Below are positions 1-11,958 of a DNA stretch of 64,000 nt, in pieces. The stretch covers positions 62,001 to 126,000 of the forward strand of contig NIVC01002778.1 of NCBI GenBank assembly GCA_002269645.1. Reading direction: 5' to 3'. Positions within the stretch are counted from its first letter, which is position 1. Every line of letters starts with the position of its first letter. A program made the translations under genes and the position numbers. The notes under the pieces are model-generated. The model had not been told where the DNA came from, ran no database searches, and saw only the letters and a program-made list of their open reading frames with translations. Source of the DNA: Macrostomum lignano (lineage: Eukaryota).

Positions 1-570
1 ATTGGATTAATTAGAGACAGCTATCAAAGTTATATTTTATGACTAAAAAAAAAAAAAAGACGCTGATTCGGAAAAACTCAACTTGCGGTGCATGTAAATC
101 TGTTTAGTGCAAAGTTAAATAGGTTTCCAATATCGCAAACTAACGAAAGCACCCTTAACTCCATCACTAATTTTTACTTTAGACTACTTAAGTACAGTAT
201 GTGGCCATGCACTTTAGTGAATGTACTTAATTTATCTCAGCCTAAACACTTGAATGGAGCCCCGAAGTTCAGCTTGGGACCGACTGAAATCGATAAGTCA
301 ACCATAAAATCCCGATCTCATCGTCATTTTATCCCCTGGGAGGCTGTGGGAGCCCTGGAATGGACCTGGATGAGATGCCTCAATGCTTCTGCCCGAACCC
401 TTTGTTCCAACTCCTTGCCCGACCCCTGGGCTGCTGCTTTTGCATTGCACAGGCGGATATGCAGGGTCAGCGACGTAAAGCCTACCAGCATGCAAACAAA
501 GATAAAAGGACAGACAATAGTCTTATTGCCATCCTCTCGCAATGGCTTAAAAATCAGTCTAAAAATTAAT

Positions 571-2005
571 TTACCCATTGGTTTCAAGTTCGCCATTTTC
601 AATATCAGTGAAATGGATCAGCACGGCGTCAGGTCCCGCTTCACCGTCCGACTCACCTCCGGCTATACAGTTCCGTGCAGTCTCCACTCTCAGATGATGC
701 TTCTTAAAGTCCTGAATGCTCATGATCGAGTGAAACCTGTAGAAAACCTTCAGCGGCATGAGCATTAGAGACAAACTGTCGTGTTTGTCTTCTTCTCTTT
801 GAAAAAATAACAGAAAGCAGAGGGCGCTTAGGACCCACTCGGAAAAGTTGAGCAGAATCAGAAAGTTCAGCATGGCAATGACAAAATTCCGTAGACGGTG
901 GCGTTGCGCTTCTTCAGGTTGGGTCCCGCTTGAAAAGCATCGGCCTAAAAACCTTTTCAACGCCTCGTGCAGTTTGTTGTCCAGCGTGAACGAGCCAACG
1001 AGCATCAGCTCCAGGAACACCGCTTGCAAAACTGACTGAAAGGCGCCGAAAAAGTTTTCAGAGAGCTCAATCCTCACCTCCGTGTGATTTGACGCAAAAT
1101 CAACTGGCAGTTCATTTTCAATTTGATTAACATTTTTCCAAATATTATGAGCGTTGTTGCCTACAATAGCGATGACGCCAAGCCACAGAAGCAGCCGGTC
1201 GACCAGATTGTCGGAGCCGATGCGTCGGTTCTTATCGACTCGAAAATAGCAGAAAAGCACGGCGAGAACCAGCTTAGAAACTGATTGCAACACCATTTGC
1301 AGCGAGAAGAACAGAATTCTGAGGACTGGATTATTTTCGTCGAAGTGGACGAATGCAACGACGGCTAGAGAAGCCACCACAGTCAGAACGCCAAACAAGA
1401 TCACCCATGAGTGCTTTCTGATCGAACCGAATTCGGACAGCGACTGCGCCTGATCTTCGTGACTGCCGCCTTGCGCGCCTCCACTCCGCAGCATGATGCG
1501 CCTGACTCTGCGAACGATTTCTTGCGAGTCAAGGAGCCCCGAGCGGACCTGACTGTGCAGGAATTCCCCCAGCCTGCCCATGTTGGACATCAGCATGTAG
1601 GCCATTATAGATGACATGACGCAGTATTCTATTTCGAAGGGGTACAAGAAATTCATGATTTTGTCTATATTTTTATCGTAGCAATAGGTGCCATTAGCGA
1701 TTGCTTTGTCCGGTCTGCCGATATCCTGCAGCTCAAAGCCCACTGTGGTGAACCACACGCCAATATTCACTGCCATCACAATAGAGAGAAGCAGCCAGGA
1801 CCTGCCAAGCCTGAGCTGAATGGACGCTTTGCAGTACTTTAGAAAGAAGCGCGTTTGCAGCACAGTAAAGACGAATAAAAACGCGTGTCTAATGACCATG
1901 ACAATGCCGTGTGGAGTGTAGTCCAGTCCTGACGAATCCACGAATCGGATTTCCATTGCACCGCAGACGATTCCCAGCACCTTTAAAACGAGGTTTAGAA
2001 TAGAA
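571..2005 (-). pseudogene. OTOP: Otopetrin paralog A, 3' part of the main coding exon (mid-TM3 to C-terminus), separated from its 5' part by a 6.2 kb insertion
   Basis: ORF 571..2034 carries otopetrin motifs FLYPFEIEY (TM6), NFSEW (TM11) and PLKVFYRFHS (TM12). It is colinear with ORF 32349..34058. Removing 2006-8221 restores the frame: ...tta tt|t tct att cta aac = LFSILN, versus LFAFLK in paralog B. Confidence 0.85.
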
Positions 2006-2144
2006 CTAGCAATCTTCGCCCCCGTTGGGGACATCTATATAGAATCTCTGTTCTCTACAAGTAAGTAACAAAAAAATAGCGAAATAAAGCCTTCACAAAG
2101 AAAACAGACAAAATACTCAAATGAAGTGCAATGCAAAAAGAAAT

Positions 2145-2450
2145 CATCCCAAGACAGCAAGCATCCCCCAGATAGCAAGCATCCCCAGATAGCAAGCATC
2201 CCCCAGATAGCAAGCATCCCCCAGATAGCAAGCATCCCCCAGATAGCAAGCATCCCCCAGATAACAAGCATCCCCCAGATAGCAAGCATCCCCCAGATAG
2301 CAAGCATCCGCCAGATAGCAAGCATCCCCCAGACCCCAGATAGCAAGCATCCCTCAGATAGCAAGCATAGCCCAGATAGCAAGTATCCCCCAGATAGCAA
2401 GCATCCCCAAGATAGATAGCATCCCCAAATAGCAAGCATCCACCAGACAA
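2145..2450. repeat. 18-19 bp minisatellite (CAGATAGCAAGCATCCCC)
   Basis: Tandem units visible directly; they produce the repetitive QIASIP / GGCLLS ORFs. Confidence 0.95.
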
Positions 2451-2529
2451 TAAGTAGTTAGTGCGACAATTTCTTTAGCATTATAGCGGCTCCTTTAAAA
2501 TTCGCTTACTTTTACGTTTGAAATTGTGT

Positions 2530-3610
2530 ATATTTTATGTTTAACAGGTTGGCTCTTTTATGTTCTACATTGTGGCTCTTTTTTGTTCTACATTGTGGCT
2601 CTTTTTTGTTCTACATGGTAACTCTTTTATGTTTGATACGGTGGCTTCCAATGTCTGACATGGTGGCTCTTCTATGTTTGACATGGTGGCTCTTTAATGT
2701 TTGACATGGTGGCTCTTTTAGGTTTGACATGGTCGCACTTTTATGTTTTGACATGTTGGCTCTTTATTGTTTGACATGGTGGCTCTTTAATGTTTGACAT
2801 GGTGGCTCTTTAATGTTTGACATGATGGCTCTTTTTTGTTTGGCATGGTGGCTCTTTTATGTTCAAAATGGTGGCTCTTTAATGTTCAAAACGGTGGCTC
2901 TTAAATGTTTGACATGGTGGCTCTTTAATGTTTGACATGGTGGCTCTTTATTGTTTGACATAAAGTCACTTATATGTTTGACATAAAGTCACTTATATGT
3001 TTGACATGGTGGTTGTTTAATATTCTACATTGTGGCTCCTTTATGTTTGACATGCTGGCTCTTTTATGTTCAACATGGTGGCTCTTTAATGTGCGATATG
3101 GTGGCTCTTTAATGTTTGACATTGTCGCACTTTTATGTTTTGACATGTTGGCTCTTTAATGTTTGACATGGTGGCTCTTTAATGTTTGACATGGTAGCTC
3201 ATTTATGTTCAACATGGTGGCTCTTTTAGGTTTGACATGGTGGCTCTTTTAGGTTCGACATAATGGCTCTTTAGTGTTTGACAATGTGGCTCTTAATGTT
3301 TGACATGGTGGCTCTTTAATGTTTGAAATGGTGGCTCTTTTATGATTTACATGGTGGCTCTTTAATGTTGGACATGGTGGCTCTTTAATGTTTGACATGG
3401 TAGCTCATTTATGTTCAACATGGTGGCTCTTTTAGGTTTGACATGGTGGCTCTTTTAGGTTCGACATAATGGCTCTTTAGTGTTTGACAATGTGGCTCTT
3501 AATGTTTGACATGGTGGCTCTTTAATGTTTGAAATGGTGGCTCTTTTATGATTTACATGGTGACACTTTTATGTTTGGCATGGTGGCTCTTTTATATTTG
3601 ACATTGCGCT
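2530..3610. repeat. About 23 bp minisatellite (TTTGACATGGTGGCTCTTTAATG)
   Basis: Degenerate tandem units visible directly. Confidence 0.95.
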
Positions 3611-4161
3611 TCTTTTATGTTTAGCATTTTGTGTTTTAAAGTGTTTAAAAAAAATTATTTTGCACTACTAAGATTCAAACCCAGTCCGCTACATTAGCAG
3701 TCCAGTCTGTTTGCATCTAGGCTATCTCTTTTCAATTGGAGAACATGAATTGTGGCATAATCAATGACATAATCAATTTCTCAGTCAGCCAGTATCAGTC
3801 TCAATTTAAGTTAGCAATATTGTTTACGCAATTTCAATCAAGTCTTGTGTGCATTTATTCGGCACTGTTTTCACCTTGCTGTGATGCAATCTATTTCAGA
3901 ATCAGAATTCAACCAGTCAGTTTTTTCTCTAGCATTCTTACAATGCATTTAAAGCGAAAATTTTGCTTGACCTTTGCAAAAAAGCAGGTTTTTCGAATAT
4001 TTAATCCCTTTAACATTGAGCAATTTCTTAGCCAAGATGCATGTACCGTCCCAGAAAAATTTCTGATCGAATGGTGCAAGTTTGAAGAAAATCGGTTGAG
4101 CCGTTTTTTCTGAAATCTATCTCACACATACACACAGACATTTCATTTTTAGTATATAGGA

Positions 4162-5732
4162 CTAGCCATTAGCCCCCCCGCTGGGGGGCCTGAGAAATAA
4201 CACCAATTGGTTTTTATTTTGGTCCAATGGTAACCATAATTACCATTTCCATTAATCAAAAATTACTTTTTCTCATTTTTGCAAAAACAAACTCAGCACC
4301 ACTCACCTTAACAACACTTTTCCAAGATTAGCACCGCTGCTCAGATTAGCAACGCTCCTCAGATTAGCACTATTTACCCCCCCCAGATTAGCACCGCTCC
4401 TCAGATTAGCACTACTTCCCCCCAGATTAGCACCGCTCCTCAGATTAGCAACGCTCCTCAGATTAGCACTATTCCCCCCAGATTAGCACCGCTCCTCAGA
4501 TTAGCACTACTTCCCCCCAGCTTAGCACCGCTCCTCAGATTAGCAATGCTCCTCAGATTAGCACTACTTCCTCCCAGATTAGCACCGCTTCTCAGATTAG
4601 CAACGCTCCTCAGATTAGCACTACTTCCCCCCAGATTAGCACCGCTCCTCAGATTAGCACTACTTCCCTCTAGATTAGCACCCCTACCCCTAAATTAGCA
4701 CTCCAGATTAGCAACGCTCCTCAGATTAGCAACGCTCCTCAGATTAGCACTACTTCCCCCCAGATTAGCACTACTCCTCAGATTAGCACTACTTCCCCCC
4801 AGATTATCAACGCTCCTCAGATTAGCAACGCTCCTCAGATTAGCAACGCTCCTCAGATTAGCACTACTTCCCCCCCAGATTAGCAACGCTCCTCAGATTA
4901 GCAACGCTTCTCAGATTAGCACTACTTCCCCCCAGATTAGCAACGCTCCTTAGATTAGCACTACTTCCCCCCAGATTAGCACTACTCCTCAGATTAGCAC
5001 TACTTCCCCCCAGATTAGCAACGCTCCTCAGATTAGCAACGCTCCTCAGATTAGCACTACTTTTTTACTTCCCCCTAGATTAGCACCCCTACCCCTAAAT
5101 TAGCACTCCAGATTAGCAACGCTCCTCAGATTAGCACTACTTCCCCCAAGATTAGCACTACTTCCCCCCCTCAGATTTGCACTTCTCCCCCCAGATTAGC
5201 ATCGCTCCTCAGATTAGCGCTACTCCCGCCCAGATTAGCACCCCTACCCCTAAATTAGCACTCCACTCAGATTTGCAACACTTTGCCAAGACTTTGTCAG
5301 TAATGGTCTCTGAAAATTAGCGCATACAATAGACTTGCACTGCTGTAGAAGATTAATGCAGTCCCAGAATAATTAAATGAACATTTCGAAAAATCTGCGT
5401 CAATCTGCATTGGAGGTGACATCAATGTTGTCACAAGTTATGGGGATAAATTTTCTACTTCAATGCAGACTCGAATTGCCCACCATCTGCTTTGCCTCTA
5501 CAACGCGGCTATTTTCGAAGAGAAGCCTTTACTGCTCCCTTGAGAATTCTCATTCATCCCCCCAGCATTCTGCAGTTCTCCAAGCAAATATTTTAAATTT
5601 TTAAAGGTAAAATCCTTGAAGAATTTTGCAAGTTTAGAAAAAAACGCGATCAAATTTGGTTGAGGCATTCAGTATTAAATGCGTCATTCACAAACAGACA
5701 AACAAAGGTAGGACTTTTAGTATATTAGAAGA
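4162..5732 (-). mobile_element. Helitron-like unit B
   Basis: 5' end TCTTCTAATATACTAAAAGTCC at 5732, identical to the end at 8221. The 3' end has a GGCCCCCC-AGC-GGGGGGG hairpin then CTAATGGCTAG at 4162, joined directly to the TC of unit A. Confidence 0.7.
4330..5280. repeat. 18-21 bp minisatellite (CAGATTAGCAACGCTCCT / CAGATTAGCACTACTTCCCC); a second, more degenerate block lies at about 5750-6270
   Basis: Tandem units visible directly in units B and C. Confidence 0.95.
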
Positions 5733-8221
5733 AGAAGAAAATTATATATTAGCACTATTTCCCCAGATTAGCACCACTCCCCGGATTAGCACCATTCCCC
5801 AAAAGTAGCACCACTTCCTTAGATTAGCACTACTTCCCCCAGATTAGCACTACTTCCTCCAGATTAGCACTTCTTCCCACAGAACTTACATCACTGTAAG
5901 TTCTGTGCTTCTTCCCCCAGATTAGCACCACTCCCCCAGATTAGCACCACTCCCCCAGATTAGCACTATTAGCACCACTCCCCAAAAATTACCACCACTT
6001 CCCCGGATTAGCACCGCTCCCCAGATTAGTACCACTCCCCCAGATTAGCACCACTCCCCAAAAATTAGCAGAACTTCCCAAAAATTAGCACAGTTTTATA
6101 CAAAATTAACACCGCTCCCCCAGATTAGCACCGCTCCTCAGATTAGCATTACTGAGCCCCCAGACTCCCCCCCCCAGATTAGCACCACTACCCCTAATAA
6201 TTAGCACTCCGCCCAGATTAGCAACACTTTGCCAAGATTAGCACTACTCCTCCAGATTAGCACCACTCTTCCATATTAGTAATGCTCTCTGCAAATTAGC
6301 ACATACAATAGATTGGCACTGATCTAAAAGATTAATGCAGTCCCAGAATAATATAGCTTTTTGCAGTTTATTTGGGCTTACGCGCATTTAATTTAATCCA
6401 AGATACATTTGCCAATGTAACAGAGCTTATTGTCTATGGTAGCAAGGCTGCCACAGCGGCATTTAATTTAGTCCAACAAGCATCAATTTGGTCCAAATGC
6501 TTGTGAGCCAATGGCAAACTCTTGCCTTCTCGCAACCGCCTAAGGTTTGTTGCGCACCGCTGGAATGTCAGCGTCTGTACCAGCAATTTTCAGTCGCTTT
6601 TCGTCTCAATTCGTCTCAAAGGGTTCGTCTCAATTGCATTAAGTAGCAGTTGGAACTGAGTCTCTAGCAACTTGCCTTGGCGATTGCCACCTTTCACAGG
6701 CGACCTATGCCAGAAGTGGTTTCAACACGCTGATGGATGCTGTAAACCATCTTTCTTCTACAATATATTCAGCAACCTTGCAATGTCCTTTGGGTGTTCA
6801 CCTCTGTTGATTGCTTTGACCACAAGCCAGTGGCATTCGTTCGACGACCTAGCATGGTTCACAATTATGGAGCTGATCTTGCTCCTCCGCAACAGCTGCA
6901 AATGAAGCTATGGACCAAATTGATGCTTGTTGGACTAAATTAAGTGCCGCTGTGGCAGCCTTTCTACCATAGACAATAAGCTCATTTACTTAAGCAAATC
7001 AATTTGGATTAAATTAAATGCACGTAAGCCCAAATGGGCTGCAAAAAGCTATATCATTCAATGAAAATTTCAAAATTTCAAAGTTATAGGTATACTTTTC
7101 AGCTTCAATGCAGACTCCAATTGCCGACCATCTGCTTTGCCTCTACAACGCGGCTATTTTCGAAGAGAAGCCTATACTATTCCCTCAAGAATTTTCATTC
7201 ATCCCCAAGCATTCTGCAGTTCTCTCGGCTGGCTCCTCAGTCTCAGCAAACTTGCAATGATCCTTTCAACAATTTAAAACATTTCTCAGCATTTAGTACG
7301 ACTCATTAATCAGTGTTCGATACATATCGGCGGACTTTTGCACAACTCAGGATTTAGCTGTGCCTATGCCTTCAGCAGTTTAGCAGCATTGTCTGCATTT
7401 TAGCACTTTCATACTTTAAATGGAGCTAGGCAACACCCATTGATGAGATCAGCCAGACTTGAAGCAGTTTTACAAATCAAATTTGCTTAGTGGCTTGTGC
7501 CGATTAGCAAAAATAATTCATTGCTTTACTTAATAAAAAAATTTCCATCGCTATTAATCAATCAATATTAATCGAAAGATGTTCTAATTAGTCCATGCAT
7601 AAGTTACAAATAAATATAAATTAGTTCAAATTTATTTGTTCGCAGCGAGGTGGATTCGAACCTGGGACCTTACGCCCAGCCTAAACCTAGTGCCTACATG
7701 CGGCTACTCCGCCGGTTGATGGAAAGGCGAGAAAATCAGCCATATAAGCTTCGACACTGCAGTCAAATACATAGCAGTGATAGGCTGCTCAGTGCGCAGG
7801 CAGAGCCAATGCACAGTTGAGTGAAATCTATAAATAGCAATTGTCTATGCAGTCCGCCATTCAGCTAGTGTCAGAGGAATGTACACACAGCCACTGAGCA
7901 TTTTTTCTCTCCCTTGCACACTGTAGCCAGTATTGAAACTTGGAGAAAAAGGTTATGGCGCAATCTCAATTGGAGTTTCAATTCAGTCAGTCGAGATTTT
8001 GACCTTTTCTAGCCTCCCATTAAAAGCATAAGGAAAACTCGTTTTTCGAATATTTAATCCACTTAGCACAGAAGCAAATATTTGAAAATTTTTAGGTACA
8101 ATCCTTGAAAAAATTTGCAGGTTTAGAAAAAAACGCGATCAAATTTGGTTGAGGCATTCAGTATTAAATGCGTCATTCACAAACAGACAAACAAAGGTAG
8201 GACTTTTAGTATATTAGAAGA
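5733..8221 (-). mobile_element. Helitron-like unit C, a longer relative of unit B lacking its own CTAG 3' end
   Basis: 8094-8221 is near-identical to 5605-5732; 7097-7225 matches 5455-5580; 6226-6350 matches 5280-5370. Confidence 0.6.
6351..7054. mobile_element. MITE-like element with about 145 bp terminal inverted repeats, nested in unit C
   Basis: 6351-6495 (ATATAGCTTTTTGCAG...TTTGGGCTTACG...CATCAATTTGGTCCA) is the reverse complement of about 6911-7054. The homologous site in unit B (about 5370) is empty. Confidence 0.75.
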
Positions 8222-8601
8222 AATAATAGAAAAGCAGAAGCGAAAAGAGCTGATGGCAGGTTGCACAGCTTCACAGGAGCGGAAATACTAGCGGGAACAT
8301 TCGAAATTCTGACTGCTCCAACATAGGCCAGCCGTGCTCGGCCAGACTTGAGCACCCAGCACTCAAGCAAGAGGATTGAAATCACAGCCAGAGTAACGAA
8401 GAGGAGTCTTGACACCCTGCAGCCCAAGCAGATTTTCCGTCTCCGCTTTCCAGTCTGATGCTCGTTCTCATATTTCTGGTACTCGTGGTAAGCCCGCACC
8501 TCCACCACGAACGCCAGCATCACGATGACGAAGAAAACAACGAAGCCAACCAGTTTGCAGCGAGAGTCAAGCGTCAGACGCACCGGGCTGCTTCCATTCT
8601 G
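8222..8601 (-). pseudogene. OTOP: Otopetrin paralog A, 5' part of the main coding exon (TM1 to TM3)
   Basis: ORF 8206..8583 is highly similar to the N-terminus of 32349..34058. An in-frame acceptor GAATTTCAG|CAG lies at 8602/8601. Confidence 0.85.
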
Positions 8602-9035
8602 CTGAAATTCCGCCTGCTGCCGTCATGAGGGAGACGTGAGAACGAAATGATTTGTTGTAATGATGACGTACGCTTGGATTTGCTGACCGCTAAGCTCAGG
8701 ATCGGTCGCTAAATTTACTCAAATCTCAGCTATCTTTCTCTCATACAAACAAAAAACTGTTCCTTCATTTCAACAGCCAAAGGGTGCAGCGTTCCACGCT
8801 AAGAAATTTTTTCTCTAGAATGCTTTACTAAAACCATTTGACATTTGCAGTAACCAAAAGACTGCCACGATTTGTCATTATTTATTGTCTCACTGCCCCT
8901 CACAGCATTTTTCGCAAAAAGTTTTTAGTATAAAAACTAAACTACTATGAATACAGAAACGTTTAACTTCATCTACTTACTCTCTTTTAACAGAGGTTTC
9001 TCTCTTTTAACAGGTCTCACAGAATTATCGAGGAA

Positions 9036-10370
9036 TTAGGTCGGGACAGTAAATAGCGTAAGGGGACTCACCAGCTTCCTGATCTCGTCAACGGCCGTCT
9101 TTGCGTGATTTGCAGCCCAAGCGGCGACGGTTTCGTCCGGGTCATCGCTGGCAGCTGACTTAAATGCTTCTGCCGAATACCACGCTGCTCTAACAGTGTG
9201 ACGGGCACAGTAACTCGCCACAGAGACCGCCGATTTGCACGCGTTTGCGTCGCTTCCTCCAGCCGCAATGGATGCCTCGGTTGCCAGTTTCACCGTTTCA
9301 ACAGAAGCCGTCACCAGTTCCTTTGCCGCGGTCGCCGCTGCTTTTATGGCCTCGGCCTTAAATTTCAGCAATCCGTGCTCAGCCGCCACTGAGAACAGAT
9401 TCGTCACGTCCGCTGCCGTTCGAGCCTCAGCTTCCGCTCTTCTTGCCGTCTCAACCGTGTTCTTCAAAGCGGATCTTACTTCACAAATTGGCAATTCAGG
9501 GCCAGATTGGGCCCGTCCGTCAGCGGCTTGGGCACTCGTGGTGGTCTGTTCTGCTGCAGCTGCAGCCCCTTCAATTGCCTCGATTGCCGACTCACTCAAT
9601 AGAGATCGCAGCTCAGCCTGTAAATCCGAGCAAAACTATTGTAAAACCCATGTACAGCAGAAACTAAAAACACCACTGAAACTTACATTGAGAGCATCAT
9701 TGATTCGGTTTATCTTATTCTCTTCGATCTCTTCGAGCTGATCCGCCTGGGGACTGGCCAACGTCTCAGAAAGCCGCTTGGACTCTGCGGCGATCTCTGC
9801 TGCTGCTTTCGCACAGCTGAGCACCAATTTTGAGGCCGTCTGAGCCAGGGCCAATCGCTCGGGTTTCTTGATGGTATCTGAGGCCGTCTTCGCCACCGCC
9901 CCCGTGCCTTCGAGCGCGCGAACCAAATCTTTTGCCGCTGATTCGGAGAGTTTTGCAAGCTCAGCCTTGGCCTCGGGCCTGCTCGCTTCGCCCTGCCCAG
10001 AAGCCGCGGCCTCCAGCCTGCTCGCTCCGCCCTGCTCAGAAGCCGCGGCCTCGGACCTGCTCGCTCCGCCCTGCCCAGAAGCCGCGGCCATTTGTTGAGC
10101 TGCAGTTGCCGCCTGCTCCGCTGCCTCAGCGGCCTTTTTAGCAAACCCCAGTGCATCCTGGATCGATTTGGTCACAGCCTTCAGACCATCTGCCGTCGCA
10201 CTTTGGTCCGTCTCCGCGTTCTCGACGGCTTTCGCTGCGGCTTCTTGTGCAGCTTTAGCGTGGGGCAGCGCAGCGCCCATTGACTGGGCTGCGCAGTTCG
10301 CCTTCCATGTGAGGGTGCGCTTGCTCACGGTGTGCCGGTTTTCCTGAGCACGGAAATCGATGCAGCAGCG
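9036..10370 (-). CDS. Ala-rich predicted alpha-helical protein, copy 1; exons 10370-9687 and 9617-9036 (about 421 aa, start not resolved)
   Basis: ORFs 9636..10328 and 9036..9599 join in frame across a 69 nt phase-0 GTAAGT...TTACAG intron (9686-9618). The same intron position is found in two other copies. About a quarter of the residues are Ala. No family recognised. Confidence 0.7.
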
Positions 10371-10571
10371 CTGATTCGTCGGAAATAAAACAGTTGCTCA
10401 GTGCGAGAGTATACAAGACGACAAGAATCAGGGCCCGCAAATAAGGTAATGAATATGCATAGCCCTAGCTAAGCCAGTGAGCTGTTGAGACTATCTGAAT
10501 CTGTGAATGAACTGGTGTTAATTGTTAAAAAATGACTCAGTGGCTACACTCATATATGCGCATTTGCTTAC

Positions 10572-10648
10572 CTGCTGTGGAGCATTTCCTTCGTCTATCG
10601 GTGGAGTCGTGCCTTCTTGTTGACTCTGAAACCGGAGCCAGTGTTCAT
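10572..10648 (-). CDS. Candidate first coding exon of the OTOP-A / Ala-rich locus (...EGTTPPIDEGNAPQQ|GTAAG)
   Basis: About 80 bp homologous to 47140-47220, which lies upstream of OTOP-C. It ends in CAG|GTAAG. A 4 nt indel relative to the OTOP-C copy puts the ATG at 10648 out of frame. Confidence 0.55.
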
Positions 10649-10810
10649 GAACTGCGAGCACAGGTACTAAATGTATTATAATAACTATTATGGATTGGGT
10701 CTGTTTTAGCAGTTTCTCTACTTTCAGTTCAGTAGCAAGAAAGAATGCGTAAGCTATTTTATGCAAAGAAAGGGTTAGAAAAAGGAAGTTGCAGGCGACA
10801 CTGAAATTGC

Positions 10811-11200
<390 letters not shown>

Positions 11201-11958
11201 ATGCAGAGAGTGCAGAGTGCAGAGTGCAGGGTGCAGGGTGCAGAGTGCAGGGTGCAGGGTGCAAAGTGCAGGGTTCAGAGTGCAGGGTGCAGGGTGCAGG
11301 GTGCAGAGTGCAGGGTGCAGGGTGCAGAGTGCAGGGTGCAGGGTGCAGAGTGCAGGGTGGAGAAGGTTCTGTTCTGGATCAGGTGCTCAGATGAGCGGTT
11401 ATTTCTAAATTTTTGTACCTCTGATTTTATTCATTTGAATTTTCCGATTTTCTCACCTCTTCTCCATCTGCCAGTGAATGCAGTTGTTGCTCCTGAAACC
11501 GGAATGATATTACTAATGATTCAGCATGAAATAACTCTGATGAAGCGAACTGAAAGTCAAGGCAACAGAAGCAGAAAGAGACACAAAACTGAGCACTTAC
11601 ACTCATCATTGAAGCTATATGACAAGCGGCTCGTAAAATTCCTTATTGTGAAAGAAGTTGCCGAATGTGCTTTTAACCCTGATTTAAAGCCAGGATGCAA
11701 TTTTCATTTTGTTTATGCGAACACATCGCTTAGACTTTGTCCTTATCGTTGCGTGACTTTGCGCAGCGCTTGTTTCCTGCACTAGACGACCAAAATTGCG
11801 CAGAATGATCAAGAATTGCAATCTAACACGCAAAATTTCGCTGTGGTTTTTGCTTGTTTCTCGAGTTGTAAGAAGCTTATGCTGAATTGCACTTTTGTTG
11901 CAATTTTTCCTTTTGTACTTAAATTCCTACATGTACATTATTTTCAGAATCCGTGTTT

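Larger units (their letters stand above)
2006..4161 (-). mobile_element. Helitron-like unit A
   Basis: 5' end TCCTATATACTAAAAATGAAATGTCTGTGTG at 4161; 3' hairpin plus CTAG at 2006-2031. Contains two minisatellites and a tRNA-like segment at about 3665-3725. Confidence 0.7.
2006..8221 (-). mobile_element. Composite, non-autonomous Helitron-like insertion (three head-to-tail units) interrupting OTOP-A
   Basis: On the minus strand it begins TCTTCTAATATACTAAAA (8221) and ends with a hairpin CCCC-AAC-GGGG followed by GATTGCTAG (2006). It sits between T and T with no target-site duplication, and the flanks rejoin as an exact in-frame OTOP sequence. No Rep/helicase ORF was seen. Confidence 0.8.

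Noticed and set aside
88-768. 226 aa plus-strand ORF and similar short ORFs at 33861-34297
   Set aside because: Antisense to the OTOP 3' end and UTR; the frame is not conserved between the two duplicated arms.
2006-8221. Large intron in OTOP-A
   Set aside because: The boundaries are TC...CTAG rather than GT...AG, and paralog B is uninterrupted at this position.
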